From contig DATJUT010000031.1 in assembly GCA_035502185.1 (NCBI GenBank), forward strand, positions 87,276-151,275: DNA of 64,000 nt. Direction: 5' to 3'. Below, piece after piece: positions 9,857 through 19,228 of this stretch. The notes beneath the pieces are model-generated. The model was not told where the DNA came from. It searched no databases and was given only the letters and a program-made list of their open reading frames with translations. The first letter of the stretch is position 1; the number at the start of each line of letters is the position of its first letter. Both the position numbers and the translations under genes were made by a program. This DNA comes from Gemmatimonadales bacterium. GTDB taxonomy: Bacteria > Gemmatimonadota > Gemmatimonadetes > Gemmatimonadales > JACORV01.

Positions 9857-11238
9857 CCGGGGCTCCGGCTCCCTTGGACAGCGTTCTGAACGCGATCGGG
9901 CGCACGCCGATGATTCGTCTCGGCCGCGTGGGTCGCGGGCTCCGCACGCCCGTGCTCGCCAAGGCGGAGCAGTTCAACCCCGGCGGCTCCGTCAAGGACC
10001 GTATCGGCCTGGCGATCATCGAGGCCGCGGAGCGGAGCGGGGCCCTGAAGCCCGGCGGCGTCATCGTGGAGGGCACCAGCGGCAACACCGGCGTCGGGCT
10101 CGCCATCGCCGCGGCCATCAAGGGCTACCGCTGCATCTTCACCATCCCCGACAAGATGTCCACCGAGAAGATCCGGCTGCTGCGGGCGTTCGGAGCGGAG
10201 GTGGTGGTGGTGCCGACCGCCGTGCCCCCCGATCACCCGGAGTACTACATCCAGAAGGCCAAGGCGATCGTGGCCGCGACGCCGGGCGCGGTGCTCGCCG
10301 ACCAGCACTTCAACCCGGTGAACCCCGAGGCGCACTACCGGACCACCGGGCCCGAAATCTGGGAGCAGACCTCCGGCCGCGTCACGCACTTCGTCTGCTC
10401 GCCGGGCACCGGAGGCACCGTCTCGGGGGTCGGACGCTACCTCAAGGAGCGCAACCCCGCGGTCCGGGTCGTCGCACCCGATCCGGTGGGGTCGATCTAT
10501 GCGGAGTACGCCGCGACCCACACGAAGGGCGACGGCTTCCCCTACAAGGTCGAGGGCGTGGGCGGCGACAAGATCCCCACCTCGCTCCACTTCGACGTGG
10601 TGGATGAGTTCGTCGCGGTCACCGACCGCGACGCCTTCCGCATGGCGCGGCGTCTCACGCGTGAGGAGGGGCTGTTCGTGGGAGGGTCGAGCGGCCTCAA
10701 CGTGCACGTGGCCCTCGAGGTGGCCCGCCGCCTCGACGACCCGGCCGCACTGGTCGTCACGATCCTGGCCGACACCGGCGAGCGTTACCTGTCCAAGATC
10801 TACGACGACGCGTGGATGCGCGAGAACCAGATGCTCGACACCGAGCCGGTGACGGTGGAGCGGTTGATGCGCGAGCGGCCCGCCCGGATCCCGCCGCTCG
10901 TCTCGGTCGGCCCGTCGGCCAGCGTCCGCCAGGCCCTGAACCTGATGAGCACGTACGGCATCTCCCAGGTTCCCGTGATCGCCGGTGACGACTGCGTCGG
11001 CTCGGTCACGGAGGGACCCGTCATCGCCCGCGCTCTCGGCGACGCGCAGCTGCTCGAGCGGTCGGTGGGCGACGTGATGCAGCCCCCGTTCCCCGTGGTG
11101 GACTCCGGCCTGCCGTTCGAGCGCCTCAACACGCTGCTGTCGCACGAGACGCAGGCCGCGCTGGTCCGCAAGGACGGCAGGCTGGTGGGTCTGGTGACCC
11201 GCTACGACGTGCTGCGCCAGGTCGCGGGGATCCAGTGA
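9853..11238 (+). CDS. Cystathionine beta-synthase-like PLP enzyme with C-terminal CBS pair
   Basis: ATG at 9853 (ATGA overlap). PLP-lysine region FNPGGSVKDRIG. GTSGNTGVGLA. GTGGT loop. Two CBS-domain-like repeats at the C-terminus (ISQVPVI..., LVGLVTRYDVL). Confidence 0.8.
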   Translation: MTGAPAPLDSVLNAIGRTPMIRLGRVGRGLRTPVLAKAEQFNPGGSVKDRIGLAIIEAAERSGALKPGGVIVEGTSGNTGVGLAIAAAIKGYRCIFTIPDKMSTEKIRLLRAFGAEVVVVPTAVPPDHPEYYIQKAKAIVAATPGAVLADQHFNPVNPEAHYRTTGPEIWEQTSGRVTHFVCSPGTGGTVSGVGRYLKERNPAVRVVAPDPVGSIYAEYAATHTKGDGFPYKVEGVGGDKIPTSLHFDVVDEFVAVTDRDAFRMARRLTREEGLFVGGSSGLNVHVALEVARRLDDPAALVVTILADTGERYLSKIYDDAWMRENQMLDTEPVTVERLMRERPARIPPLVSVGPSASVRQALNLMSTYGISQVPVIAGDDCVGSVTEGPVIARALGDAQLLERSVGDVMQPPFPVVDSGLPFERLNTLLSHETQAALVRKDGRLVGLVTRYDVLRQVAGIQ

Positions 11239-12251
11239 AGATCGCGGTGCTCACCGGCGGCACGTCCGCCGAGCGGGACGTCGCGCTGGCGTCCGGGCTG
11301 CAGATCACGGCGGCCCTGCGCTCGCTCGGCCACACCGTCCACGTGGTCGACCTCGCCACCGGCTACGTCCCCGCCGAGCACGAGGCCACGCTGCTGCCGG
11401 CGGGCGTCGGCCGCGAGCCCCCGGCCCTGGAGCGACTCAAGGCGCTGGAGCGAGGGATGCTCTCGGCCGGCCTCGGCGAGTTGCCGGCCGTCCGCGAGGC
11501 GGAGGTCGTGTTCATCGCCCTCCACGGTGGGCAGGGCGAGGACGGAACGGTTCAGGCCGTGCTCGACGTCGTCGGCGTGCCCTACACCGGCAGCGGACAC
11601 CTGGCCTGCGCGCTCGCCATGGACAAGGACCTCGCGAAGCGGGTCGTCCGGGACTGCGGCCTCGCCGTCCCCGCCTGGGTGATGGCCCCCGTGTCCGCGG
11701 ACGAGGTGCGGCGGGCCGTGGGATTTCCCTGTGTGGTCAAGCCGTCCAAGCAGGGCTCGTCGGTCGGCCTCTCGCTGGTCAAGCGCGAGGAGGAGCTGCC
11801 GGCGGCCGTCGACGTGGCCGGGCGCTTCGACGACGAGGTGATGGTCGAGCGCTTCGTCGGGGGTACGGAGCTGACGGTCGGCATCCTGGGCGAGGAAGCC
11901 CTGCCGGTCATCGAGATCCGCTCCGAGCACGAGATGTTCGACTACGAGTGCAAGTACCAGCCCGGCATGGCCCAGGAGATCTGCCCGGCGCCCATCGATC
12001 CGGCCCTGGCGGCGAGGACGCAGGACCTGGCGCGCCGGGCCCACCGGGCGCTGAAGCTGGCCGGCTACAGCCGGATCGACTTCCGCGTCGCCGACGGCGG
12101 CGAGCCGCTCTTCCTCGAGGCCAACACGGCACCCGGGATGACGGGGAACAGTCTGATCCCCAAGGCGGCCAGGGCCGCCGGGATGGGGTTCCCGGCCTTC
12201 GCCGAAGCGGTCTGCCGGCTGGCCCTCGCACGCCGCGGAACAAAGCGCTGA
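11235..12251 (+). CDS. ddl: D-alanine--D-alanine ligase
   Basis: GTG at 11235 overlaps the upstream TGA. KIAVLTGGTSAERDVALASG N-terminus. ALHGGQGEDGTVQ and ATP-grasp motifs. EANTAPGMT near the C-terminus. Confidence 0.9.
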   Translation: MKIAVLTGGTSAERDVALASGLQITAALRSLGHTVHVVDLATGYVPAEHEATLLPAGVGREPPALERLKALERGMLSAGLGELPAVREAEVVFIALHGGQGEDGTVQAVLDVVGVPYTGSGHLACALAMDKDLAKRVVRDCGLAVPAWVMAPVSADEVRRAVGFPCVVKPSKQGSSVGLSLVKREEELPAAVDVAGRFDDEVMVERFVGGTELTVGILGEEALPVIEIRSEHEMFDYECKYQPGMAQEICPAPIDPALAARTQDLARRAHRALKLAGYSRIDFRVADGGEPLFLEANTAPGMTGNSLIPKAARAAGMGFPAFAEAVCRLALARRGTKR

Positions 12252-12270
12252 CGCCCGGGATACCTGTCCG

Positions 12271-13113
12271 GTGAAGCGTATGCGCTACGACGCCACGCCG
12301 TTTCTCGTGACCCGCTGGGTACGACGACTCCTCGTCGCCAACGGCATCGTGTACCTGCTTCAGGTCACGGTGTTCACGAGTTCGTGGCTCGTCGCCGTCT
12401 TCGGCCTCACGCCCTCGCTGGTGCTGCGGCGGCCGTGGACGGTCGTGACGTACGCGTTCCTCCACGGCGGGTTCCTCCACATCTTCTTCAACATGCTGGC
12501 GCTGTTCATGTTCGGACCGATGGTGGAGGATCGGCTCGGCGGCGCCCGCTTCCTGCGGCTCTACCTGGTATCGGCCCTCGGCGGCGCGCTCCTCAGCGTG
12601 GCGCTGCTGCCGCTGGCGGGCGACAGCGTGATCATCGGCGCCTCGGGTGCCGTGTTCGGGGTCATGCTCGCGTTCGTGCTCGAGTGGCCCGACGCCCCGA
12701 TCTTTGTCTTCCCCCTCCCGGTTCCGGTCAAGGCGAAGTGGCTGGTCGCCTTCTTCGCGCTGGCCAATCTCGTCCCGGTGCTGTCGCGTTCCCACGATGG
12801 CATCGCGCACCTGGCGCATCTCGGTGGCTTCGCCGCCGCATTTCTCTACCTGCGTGGCGGCACGCTCCTCGGCGGCGTGCGCCACCGGAACCCCGTCGCG
12901 GCGGGCTCCGCGGTGCTGGTGCATCCTTCCGCCTTCCAGAACGGCCGCCGGTCCGCGCCGTTCGGCCTGCGCCGTCGCGGCGCCGACCCGAAGGCGCTCA
13001 AGGAAGTCGACCGGGTGCTCGACAAGATCTCCGCTGGTGGCCTCTCCAGCCTGACGCCCGAGGAACGCCGGTTCCTCGACGAGATGAGCAAGCGCTTCAA
13101 GCAAGAGCCCTGA
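12271..13113 (+). CDS. Rhomboid family intramembrane serine protease
   Basis: Multi-TM protein. FLHGGFLHIFFNM, catalytic GASGAVFGV, and HLAHLGG histidine. Soluble C-terminal tail ending LSSLTPEERRFLDEMSKRF. Confidence 0.85.
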   Translation: MKRMRYDATPFLVTRWVRRLLVANGIVYLLQVTVFTSSWLVAVFGLTPSLVLRRPWTVVTYAFLHGGFLHIFFNMLALFMFGPMVEDRLGGARFLRLYLVSALGGALLSVALLPLAGDSVIIGASGAVFGVMLAFVLEWPDAPIFVFPLPVPVKAKWLVAFFALANLVPVLSRSHDGIAHLAHLGGFAAAFLYLRGGTLLGGVRHRNPVAAGSAVLVHPSAFQNGRRSAPFGLRRRGADPKALKEVDRVLDKISAGGLSSLTPEERRFLDEMSKRFKQEP

Positions 13114-13608
13114 GTGATTCGCGCGGCGCGGGGTGACATCACGACGTACGCCGGCGGCGCCATCGTCAACGCGGCGAACAACCATCTCCGACTCGGGGCG
13201 GGCGTCGCGGGCGCCATCGCACGGCGCGGGGGGCCGGCCATTCAGGCCGAGTGCGACCGCCATGGCGCGATCCGGGTCGGCGAAGCTGCGCTGACGGGCG
13301 CAGGCGACCTCGCGTGCCGCTTCGTCATCCACGCGGCGACGATGGGTGACGAGCCGGTGAGCGAGCGCAGCATCGGTGCGGCGACGCTCGCCAGTCTGCG
13401 GCTCGCGGCGAGCCGTGGCATCGCCGACCTGGCGTTCCCGATCCTCGGCACCGGCATCGGCGGCTTCCCGTTCCGGCGCGCGGTCGAGATCATGGTGGCG
13501 GCGGCGCGCGACGCCGAGGATCGCGGCCTGCGCGTGGACACGGTGCTGTACGGCTACACGGCCGCCGACGCCGCGGTCATCGAGGAGGTGCTGGCACGCT
13601 CGCCCTAG
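13114..13608 (+). CDS. Macro domain protein (ADP-ribose / O-acetyl-ADP-ribose binding or hydrolysing)
   Basis: GDITTYAGGAIVNAANNHLRLGAGVAGAI and AFPILGTGIGGFP are hallmark macrodomain motifs. Confidence 0.8.
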   Translation: MIRAARGDITTYAGGAIVNAANNHLRLGAGVAGAIARRGGPAIQAECDRHGAIRVGEAALTGAGDLACRFVIHAATMGDEPVSERSIGAATLASLRLAASRGIADLAFPILGTGIGGFPFRRAVEIMVAAARDAEDRGLRVDTVLYGYTAADAAVIEEVLARSP

Positions 13609-13613
13609 CGGCG

Positions 13614-15563
13614 GTGCTGCTGGCGCTCCAGCAAGCGCCGGACGCGCCGTCCCTGATCCGAGCCGAATCGCTGCTCACGGCGGGACGTCTGGAGGAGGCG
13701 CGCGACCTCGCCGAGGGCGCCGCGCGGGCCCAGCCGGACGATCCTGCCGCCCTGACGGTGCTCGGCCGGATTTGGCTCGCGTGGCCCACCTTCGGCCGTT
13801 ACCGCGCCGAGTCGCTCCTGGCCCGCGCAGGGACGCTCGCCCCGCAGGATCCCGCGCCGTTCTACTACCTGGCCCTGGTGGGCGTGCGACTGGCCGGCGA
13901 CGACGGCGAGGCGATCGCCCGCGACGCGCTGCTGCGCGTCGTGGCGCTCGCTCCCGACTATCGGGACGCATGGCCGCTGTGGAGCACGCTCTACCGTGCC
14001 GACGGCGAGCGTACGGCGATGGTGGAAGCACTGGCCGGCCATGGCGGCACGTTGCCGGCCGACCTGTGGCGCGCTCAGCTCCTGGTGGAGCTGCGACGCT
14101 ACGCCGAGGCCGAGCCGCTCCTGGACTCCCTGTGCACGTCGCAGGCCGACGATCCGATGCCGTGGGCGCTGCTCGCCCGGGCCCGGTTCGAGCAGGGGCG
14201 GGACGCCGAGGGTGCGCTCGCCTACGACGCCGCCCTGGCGCGCGCAGCGGACGACACGGGAAACGTGCTGTGGCATCAGGTCCGCAGCATCGCGTCGCCG
14301 CTGGAGCGGACCTCGTACGGGACGGTCCGCCCGGCCGCCCGGGCCGCGTTCCTTCGCGTATTCTGGGCGCTGCGCAACCCCGACGTCCGCGACTCGGTGA
14401 ACCGGCGCATCGGCGAGCACTTCCGGCGCCTCGCGGAGGCCCGGCGCATGTTCGCGCTGTTGCACCCGATGTCCCGATGGCACCACTCGCGCCTGTGGCG
14501 CACGCTGCAGGGTGGCGTGGGCCTTTCGGACTCCGTGCAGTTGGCCGACGTGCGCGCCGCGATCGGCACCACGCGGCTGCCGCGGGTGGACGACGCCCCG
14601 GTCGCCGCCGGCGTCGTCCCGCGCCTCGACGACAGCGCCCAGGAGACGGTCAACCTGGAGGACGGCCTCGACGATCGGGGCCGGATCCTCGTGCGCTACG
14701 GGGAACCGGACCGGCGCGACGTCTGGAGTACCGACGCGGAGACCTGGCGCTACGAGATGCCGCAGGGCGAGCTGCAGGTGACGTTCCTGCGCCGCACGTC
14801 CGACGGCGGCGGCGACCAGGTGGTGACGCCGGTCGTCGCCGGCGAGGCCGAGGCGGCCGACTACCTCCTGCGCACCGACCGTCCCGGCCTCCCGTCCTCC
14901 CTGAGCTTCGTCTTCTGGCCCGCGGAGTTCCGGCGCGGCACCGGGCAGACCACCGACATCGTCCTGTTCGCGGACCGCGTCGCGGCCACCGCCGTGCTCT
15001 ATGACGCGGACGGGCGGGAGGCCGCGCGTGACTCCGCCACCGGCCGGGCGCTGCACCTCGCGGCGCCGCCCGGCTCCTACGTGCTCGCGATCGACGCCGC
15101 GCGCGGCGGCCAGGTCGGCCGGTTCCGCGGCAGCATCCCGGTGACGCGATTCGCGGCCGACTCCCTCGCGGTCTCCAGCCTGCTGGTCGCGCCGGGCGAC
15201 ACTCCGGCGTCCCGGCCGCAGCTCGAGGCCGCCGCGCCGGCCGCGCTGCAGCTCCAGGGCGGGCAGGCGGTCAGAGTCTACGCGGAGGTCTACGGCCTCG
15301 CCGACGACGCCGGGGTGATGCGCTACGACGCCGAGTACCGGTTCGAACGCGCCCGCCGCGGCTGGCTGCGGTTCCTGTCGCGGGACCACGTGACCAGCGT
15401 CGCCTTTCGCCGGGTCGTGTCCTCCGGCGACCCCGAGATCGAGACGCTGGTGGTCGACCCCGGGCGGCTGCCACCCGGCCACTACGTGCTCAGGCTGCGG
15501 GTGAGGGACGTGGTGCGCGGCACGCAAGCCGCGAGCGCGATGCTGGAGTTCGATCTCCGCTGA
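13614..15563 (+). CDS. TPR-like plus degenerate GWxTD-domain protein
   Basis: 649-aa ORF with GTG start. The N-terminal half is helical-repeat-like. FLRVFWALRNPD...NRRIGEHFRRLAEARRMF followed by GLDDRGRILVRYGEPD...ETWRY parallels the GWxTD protein at 27839. The start is doubtful (see findings). Confidence 0.5.
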   Translation: MLLALQQAPDAPSLIRAESLLTAGRLEEARDLAEGAARAQPDDPAALTVLGRIWLAWPTFGRYRAESLLARAGTLAPQDPAPFYYLALVGVRLAGDDGEAIARDALLRVVALAPDYRDAWPLWSTLYRADGERTAMVEALAGHGGTLPADLWRAQLLVELRRYAEAEPLLDSLCTSQADDPMPWALLARARFEQGRDAEGALAYDAALARAADDTGNVLWHQVRSIASPLERTSYGTVRPAARAAFLRVFWALRNPDVRDSVNRRIGEHFRRLAEARRMFALLHPMSRWHHSRLWRTLQGGVGLSDSVQLADVRAAIGTTRLPRVDDAPVAAGVVPRLDDSAQETVNLEDGLDDRGRILVRYGEPDRRDVWSTDAETWRYEMPQGELQVTFLRRTSDGGGDQVVTPVVAGEAEAADYLLRTDRPGLPSSLSFVFWPAEFRRGTGQTTDIVLFADRVAATAVLYDADGREAARDSATGRALHLAAPPGSYVLAIDAARGGQVGRFRGSIPVTRFAADSLAVSSLLVAPGDTPASRPQLEAAAPAALQLQGGQAVRVYAEVYGLADDAGVMRYDAEYRFERARRGWLRFLSRDHVTSVAFRRVVSSGDPEIETLVVDPGRLPPGHYVLRLRVRDVVRGTQAASAMLEFDLR

Positions 15564-15611
15564 GGCGCTCTTGTCCGCCGCGCCCGCACGCTTCAAATTG
15601 GGGCGGCCGCG

Positions 15612-16562
15612 ATGATCATCAACCTCGTTCCCGAGTTCCTCGCCGTCCACGCATCGTCCGGGCGTGAGTCCGCCTACCGGGCGTACCTCGAGCGGCACCG
15701 GTCCGTCCTCGAGGCGTACTGGCACAACTACGTCCTCGACCTCGACTCGCCGCACACCGCGGAGGTCGTGGCGCGCGCCCTCGCCGCCGACCGCGACGAC
15801 CTGCGCCGGCTGATCGCGACGGTGGACCTCGAGCGAATGGCCGCGGACGTCCTCGATCGCGCCGCGGCGGCGCTCGAGCTCGAGGACGAGGTGGACGTCT
15901 ACCTGACGGTCGGCGTGGGCGCCGCCAACGCCGCGGAGCTGGTCGTCGGGGGCCGCGGGGCGGTCATCGTGTGCGTGGAGCACTTCACGGGCCAGCCCAA
16001 CCCGGACACCTACGGCCTCGGCCTCTCCCCGCAGCTGATCCCGCTGTGGATCGCGCACGAGGTGGCCCACACCGTGCGCTACACCTCACCCGCCAGCGCC
16101 TCGGAGCTGAAACGCCTCGTCGCGGAAGCGGGCGGCACCTACGACTACTGGGACACCGGTAGCCGCGCCGCCCTGCGCGAGCTGCTGCTCAACGAGGGCG
16201 TCGCCGTGCACGCGGCGCGCGCCGCGGCGCCGGGCTTCGCCGACGAGGAGTACTTCGGCTTCACGCGGCGTCAATACCGCCGGATGCGCGAGCTGGAGTC
16301 GTTCCTGTTCCGGGCGGTCGAGCCCGACCTCGATCGCTCCGGCCTCGGCCTGCGGCTGCGGTACCTGAGCGGCGGCATGAGCCCCGCCGCACGCCTGGTG
16401 CAGGGCCGCGTACTCCCCGAGCGTTGTGGATACTACATCGGCGCCCGGATGGCCGAGCCGCTGGTCACCGAGCGCGGCCTCGCGGCGGCCGTGCGTGCCC
16501 CGGCCGCGGAGTTCGAGTCCGCGAGCGCCCGCGTGTCGGCGGGCCGGGCGATGGGCGCGTGA
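15612..16562 (+). CDS. Putative zinc-dependent protease (DUF2268-like), HExxH
   Basis: 316-aa ORF with strong GC3 bias. Single HEVAH motif (IPLWIAHEVAHTVRY). The family assignment is from memory only. Confidence 0.4.
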   Translation: MIINLVPEFLAVHASSGRESAYRAYLERHRSVLEAYWHNYVLDLDSPHTAEVVARALAADRDDLRRLIATVDLERMAADVLDRAAAALELEDEVDVYLTVGVGAANAAELVVGGRGAVIVCVEHFTGQPNPDTYGLGLSPQLIPLWIAHEVAHTVRYTSPASASELKRLVAEAGGTYDYWDTGSRAALRELLLNEGVAVHAARAAAPGFADEEYFGFTRRQYRRMRELESFLFRAVEPDLDRSGLGLRLRYLSGGMSPAARLVQGRVLPERCGYYIGARMAEPLVTERGLAAAVRAPAAEFESASARVSAGRAMGA

Positions 16563-16759
16563 GCTTTCCCGGCGCCGAGCGGCGCGTCAACCGTGAGCTG
16601 CGCGAGGTGCTGGACGAGCTCGTCGAGCATGTGCGCTACGTCGCGCGCAACGTGAAGACGATGAGCCAGCAGGACCTCGAGTACGCCGAGGAGCGGCTGG
16701 AGTGGCTGGCGGACGAGGTGTGGCGCGCGGCGACCGAGGCGCTGGAGCCGCGAGGCTAG
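16559..16759 (+). CDS. Small helical hypothetical protein (66 aa)
   Basis: GTG at 16559 overlaps the upstream TGA (GTGA). Codon third positions are almost all G/C, as in neighbouring genes. The 3' end overlaps the convergent yidC stop by 4 nt. Confidence 0.5.
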   Translation: MSFPGAERRVNRELREVLDELVEHVRYVARNVKTMSQQDLEYAEERLEWLADEVWRAATEALEPRG

Positions 16760-18393
16760 GCCGATCCCTTCCGGCGCGCCATCTCCCGGACGCGCGCCTT
16801 GTTGATCAGGTACTGCTGCGGCAGGCTCACCAGGTTCGACACGGCGTAGTAGAGATTCAGCCCCGACGCGAAGTTCAGGAACAGCACCGTCATCATGATC
16901 GGCATGATGGTCGTCATCATCTTCGCCTGGGGGTTCGGCGGCATCCCCATCTGCCCGAGCTTCGAGAGCGCCCACATCGACGCGCCCATGACGACCGGAA
17001 TCACGTAGGTCGGATCGCGCAGCGACAGGTCGGGGAGCCACAGGAACGACGCGCCCCGGAACGCGATGGTGTTCGCGAACACGAAGAACAGCGCCAGCAG
17101 GATCGGGAACGGGATCAGCATCGGCAGGCAGCTGCCGAACGGGTTCACCTTGTGTTCCCGGTACAGCTTCATCATCTCCTGCTGCAGGCGCTGCGGGTCG
17201 TCCTTGTAGCGCGTCTGGATGTCCTTGAGCAGCGGCTGCACCGCCTGCATCGCGACCGAGCTCATCATCGCCTTCTGGTTCAGCGGCCACAGCACCAGCC
17301 GGATGGCGATGCCGAACAGGATCAGCACCCATCCGTAGGCGAGCGACAGCCGCTGGTGCAGCCACAGCAGCACCTCCGTGATCCACACCGAGACCGGCAT
17401 CACGATAGGCTTGAAGATCCAGCCGTACGGTGAGGCCTTGTCGAGCCCCCGGCCCAGCCGCCGGAGCTGCCGGTACTCCTGCGGGCCGAGATACAGGCTG
17501 TAGCGGAATCGCCCGTCCGGGCCGACGGGGAGGGTCGCCCACCCCTCGGCGGAGACGGCGTAGCGGCTGGTGCGCGGCTCGCCCGTGGCGATCGCTCCGC
17601 CGAACGACGGATGGGTGCTGTCGGGCGAGAGGAGCGCGCCGATGAAGTACTTGGACTTGACCGCCACCCAGTCGAAGGGTCCGTCGAGCGTCGTCGTCTC
17701 CCCCGGCTTGAGCTTCCCGAAGGCCACGCTCACCGGCGCCGCTTGCCGACCGACGATGCCGTAGCTGCGGTAGTTGCTGACGCTATCGGCTTCGACGTTG
17801 GCGAACCCCGAGCCGAGGCTGATCAACAGCAAGGCCCCCTGGCCGCCCAGGCCGTCCACCTGGCCGCTGACGTCGAGCAGGTACTCCTGGCCCGGGCGCG
17901 GCGCGACCGCCACGAGCAGGTCGAGCTGGTCCGTCCGGCCGCGGAAGGCCGCGCCCTCGGCCGTCCGTTCCGCCGCATACGACACGCCGTCCAGGGCGAT
18001 CGTGTCCCGCCCGACGACCAGGCGCTGGCCCAGCATCGGGGGCGCCGCGCGCAGCAGGTCGGCCGGCTCGCCGCGGGACGCGCCGGCATAGGAGCGGTAG
18101 GCCGACATCTCGGCGCCCACGAGCGCGGCGCCGACGCTGCTCAGTCGATACTGGGCGGCCGGCGTGGCCACCACGACCGTCTCCGCCTTGGCCGCCGTCG
18201 CGACGGGAGGCCGCTGCCGCACCGGAGCCTCTTGCGGGGCTGCGCCGGTGCGCGCGGTCTCCGGCGCCGCGGCGGGCGCCTGTGCCGTGTCCGCCCGCAC
18301 CGGCCGCGGCCGCGGGGCCGGCTTGAGGAACAGCGACGGGACCACCGCGACGGCGATCATCAGGAGGATGGCGACGACGAGACGGCGTTCCAT
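16756..18393 (-). CDS. yidC: Membrane protein insertase YidC
   Basis: 545 aa. N-terminal TM, large periplasmic domain, C-terminal conserved core (NPFGSCLPMLIPFPILLALFFVF, LWLPDLS, GLNLYY). Lies in the canonical rpmH-rnpA-yidD-yidC order. Confidence 0.95.
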   Translation of the reverse strand: MERRLVVAILLMIAVAVVPSLFLKPAPRPRPVRADTAQAPAAAPETARTGAAPQEAPVRQRPPVATAAKAETVVVATPAAQYRLSSVGAALVGAEMSAYRSYAGASRGEPADLLRAAPPMLGQRLVVGRDTIALDGVSYAAERTAEGAAFRGRTDQLDLLVAVAPRPGQEYLLDVSGQVDGLGGQGALLLISLGSGFANVEADSVSNYRSYGIVGRQAAPVSVAFGKLKPGETTTLDGPFDWVAVKSKYFIGALLSPDSTHPSFGGAIATGEPRTSRYAVSAEGWATLPVGPDGRFRYSLYLGPQEYRQLRRLGRGLDKASPYGWIFKPIVMPVSVWITEVLLWLHQRLSLAYGWVLILFGIAIRLVLWPLNQKAMMSSVAMQAVQPLLKDIQTRYKDDPQRLQQEMMKLYREHKVNPFGSCLPMLIPFPILLALFFVFANTIAFRGASFLWLPDLSLRDPTYVIPVVMGASMWALSKLGQMGMPPNPQAKMMTTIMPIMMTVLFLNFASGLNLYYAVSNLVSLPQQYLINKARVREMARRKGSA

Positions 18394-18396
18394 CGG

Positions 18397-18615
18397 TCAG
18401 GGCACCGGGTCGTAGCCGCCACGAGCGAAGGGGTGGCAGCGCAGGATGCGCCGGACACCCATCCACCCGCCACGGAATACGCCGTGGCGCTCGACGGCCT
18501 CGATGGTGTAGGCCGAGCAGCTCGGCTGGTAGCGACACGCCGCGGGCAGGAGCGGCGAGAGCGTCACCTGATAGCCGCGGATCATCAGAACGGCTGCGCG
18601 GGCGAGGATGGACAT
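18397..18615 (-). CDS. yidD: Membrane protein insertion efficiency factor YidD
   Basis: 72 aa. [31 protein letters not shown]...RILRCHPF is the YidD signature. Confidence 0.9.
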   Translation of the reverse strand: MSILARAAVLMIRGYQVTLSPLLPAACRYQPSCSAYTIEAVERHGVFRGGWMGVRRILRCHPFARGGYDPVP

Positions 18616-18941
18616 AGGGTCCCTACGAGCTCGGCGTGCAGTCGGTCGAACGTGGCGGCGTACGCCGCGGCCCGGGCGCGCACGGCCAAGTCTGCCGGCG
18701 CCATCACCGGCAGGATCGCTCGGCGACAGATTTCCCGCAGGCGCCGGCGGAGCCGGTTGCGCTGAGGTGCGGTGTGCCCGAATCGCGCCACGATGACCGC
18801 CAGGCGTGAATGCGCACGAGGGGAAGGCCGAATGAACAGATCGAGATGATCCGTTCGGTGGCGCTTCCCCTCGCTCATCAAGGCGCGCAACTCCGCGGCG
18901 CGCCCAAGCCGGTACGACCTCGGCAACCGCTGGGCCGTCAA
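18585..18941 (-). CDS. rnpA: Ribonuclease P protein component
   Basis: The frame of the 18585..19169 ORF contains [24 protein letters not shown]...[22 protein letters not shown]. The only plausible start before the conserved N-terminus is TTG at 18941, which overlaps the rpmH stop (TTGA). The 3' end overlaps yidD by 31 nt. Confidence 0.75.
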   Translation of the reverse strand: MTAQRLPRSYRLGRAAELRALMSEGKRHRTDHLDLFIRPSPRAHSRLAVIVARFGHTAPQRNRLRRRLREICRRAILPVMAPADLAVRARAAAYAATFDRLHAELVGTLCPSSPAQPF

Positions 18942-19099
18942 CCGCCCCGATGCTTGGACGGAATCCGGACCGTGAGACGCTTGCGCCCCTTCTTGCGACG
19001 GCGCGACAGGACGGCGCGTCCCCACCGGGTCTTCATGCGGGTCCGGAAGCCGTGCTTGTTCAGGCGTTTGCGGTTGTGCGGACGATACGTCGGTCCCAC
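18938..19099 (-). CDS. rpmH: 50S ribosomal protein L34
   Basis: Not in the ORF track (53 aa). Hand translation of the minus strand from GTG (19099): [43 protein letters not shown], plus a 9-aa tail [14 protein letters not shown] lies about 9 nt upstream. Confidence 0.9.
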   Translation of the reverse strand: MGPTYRPHNRKRLNKHGFRTRMKTRWGRAVLSRRRKKGRKRLTVRIPSKHRGG

Positions 19100-19156
19100 G
19101 GATCAAGCCTCCAGAAAGCCGCGAAACGTACACGGCCGCGGCAGCGCGGGTCAAGG

Positions 19157-19185
19157 TTGACTTTTCCACATCGCGGTCGTAGGTT
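19157..19185 (+). promoter_or_regulatory. Putative dnaA promoter with embedded DnaA box
   Basis: TTGACT (19157-19162), 17-nt spacer, TAGGTT (19180-19185). The spacer begins with TTTTCCACA (19162-19170), 8/9 to the DnaA box TTATCCACA. Lies about 45 nt upstream of the dnaA start. Confidence 0.4.
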
Positions 19186-19228
19186 CGCTCGCCCTTTGAG
19201 ACCGTCCGCTTAACTCCGACCTGCGTTG

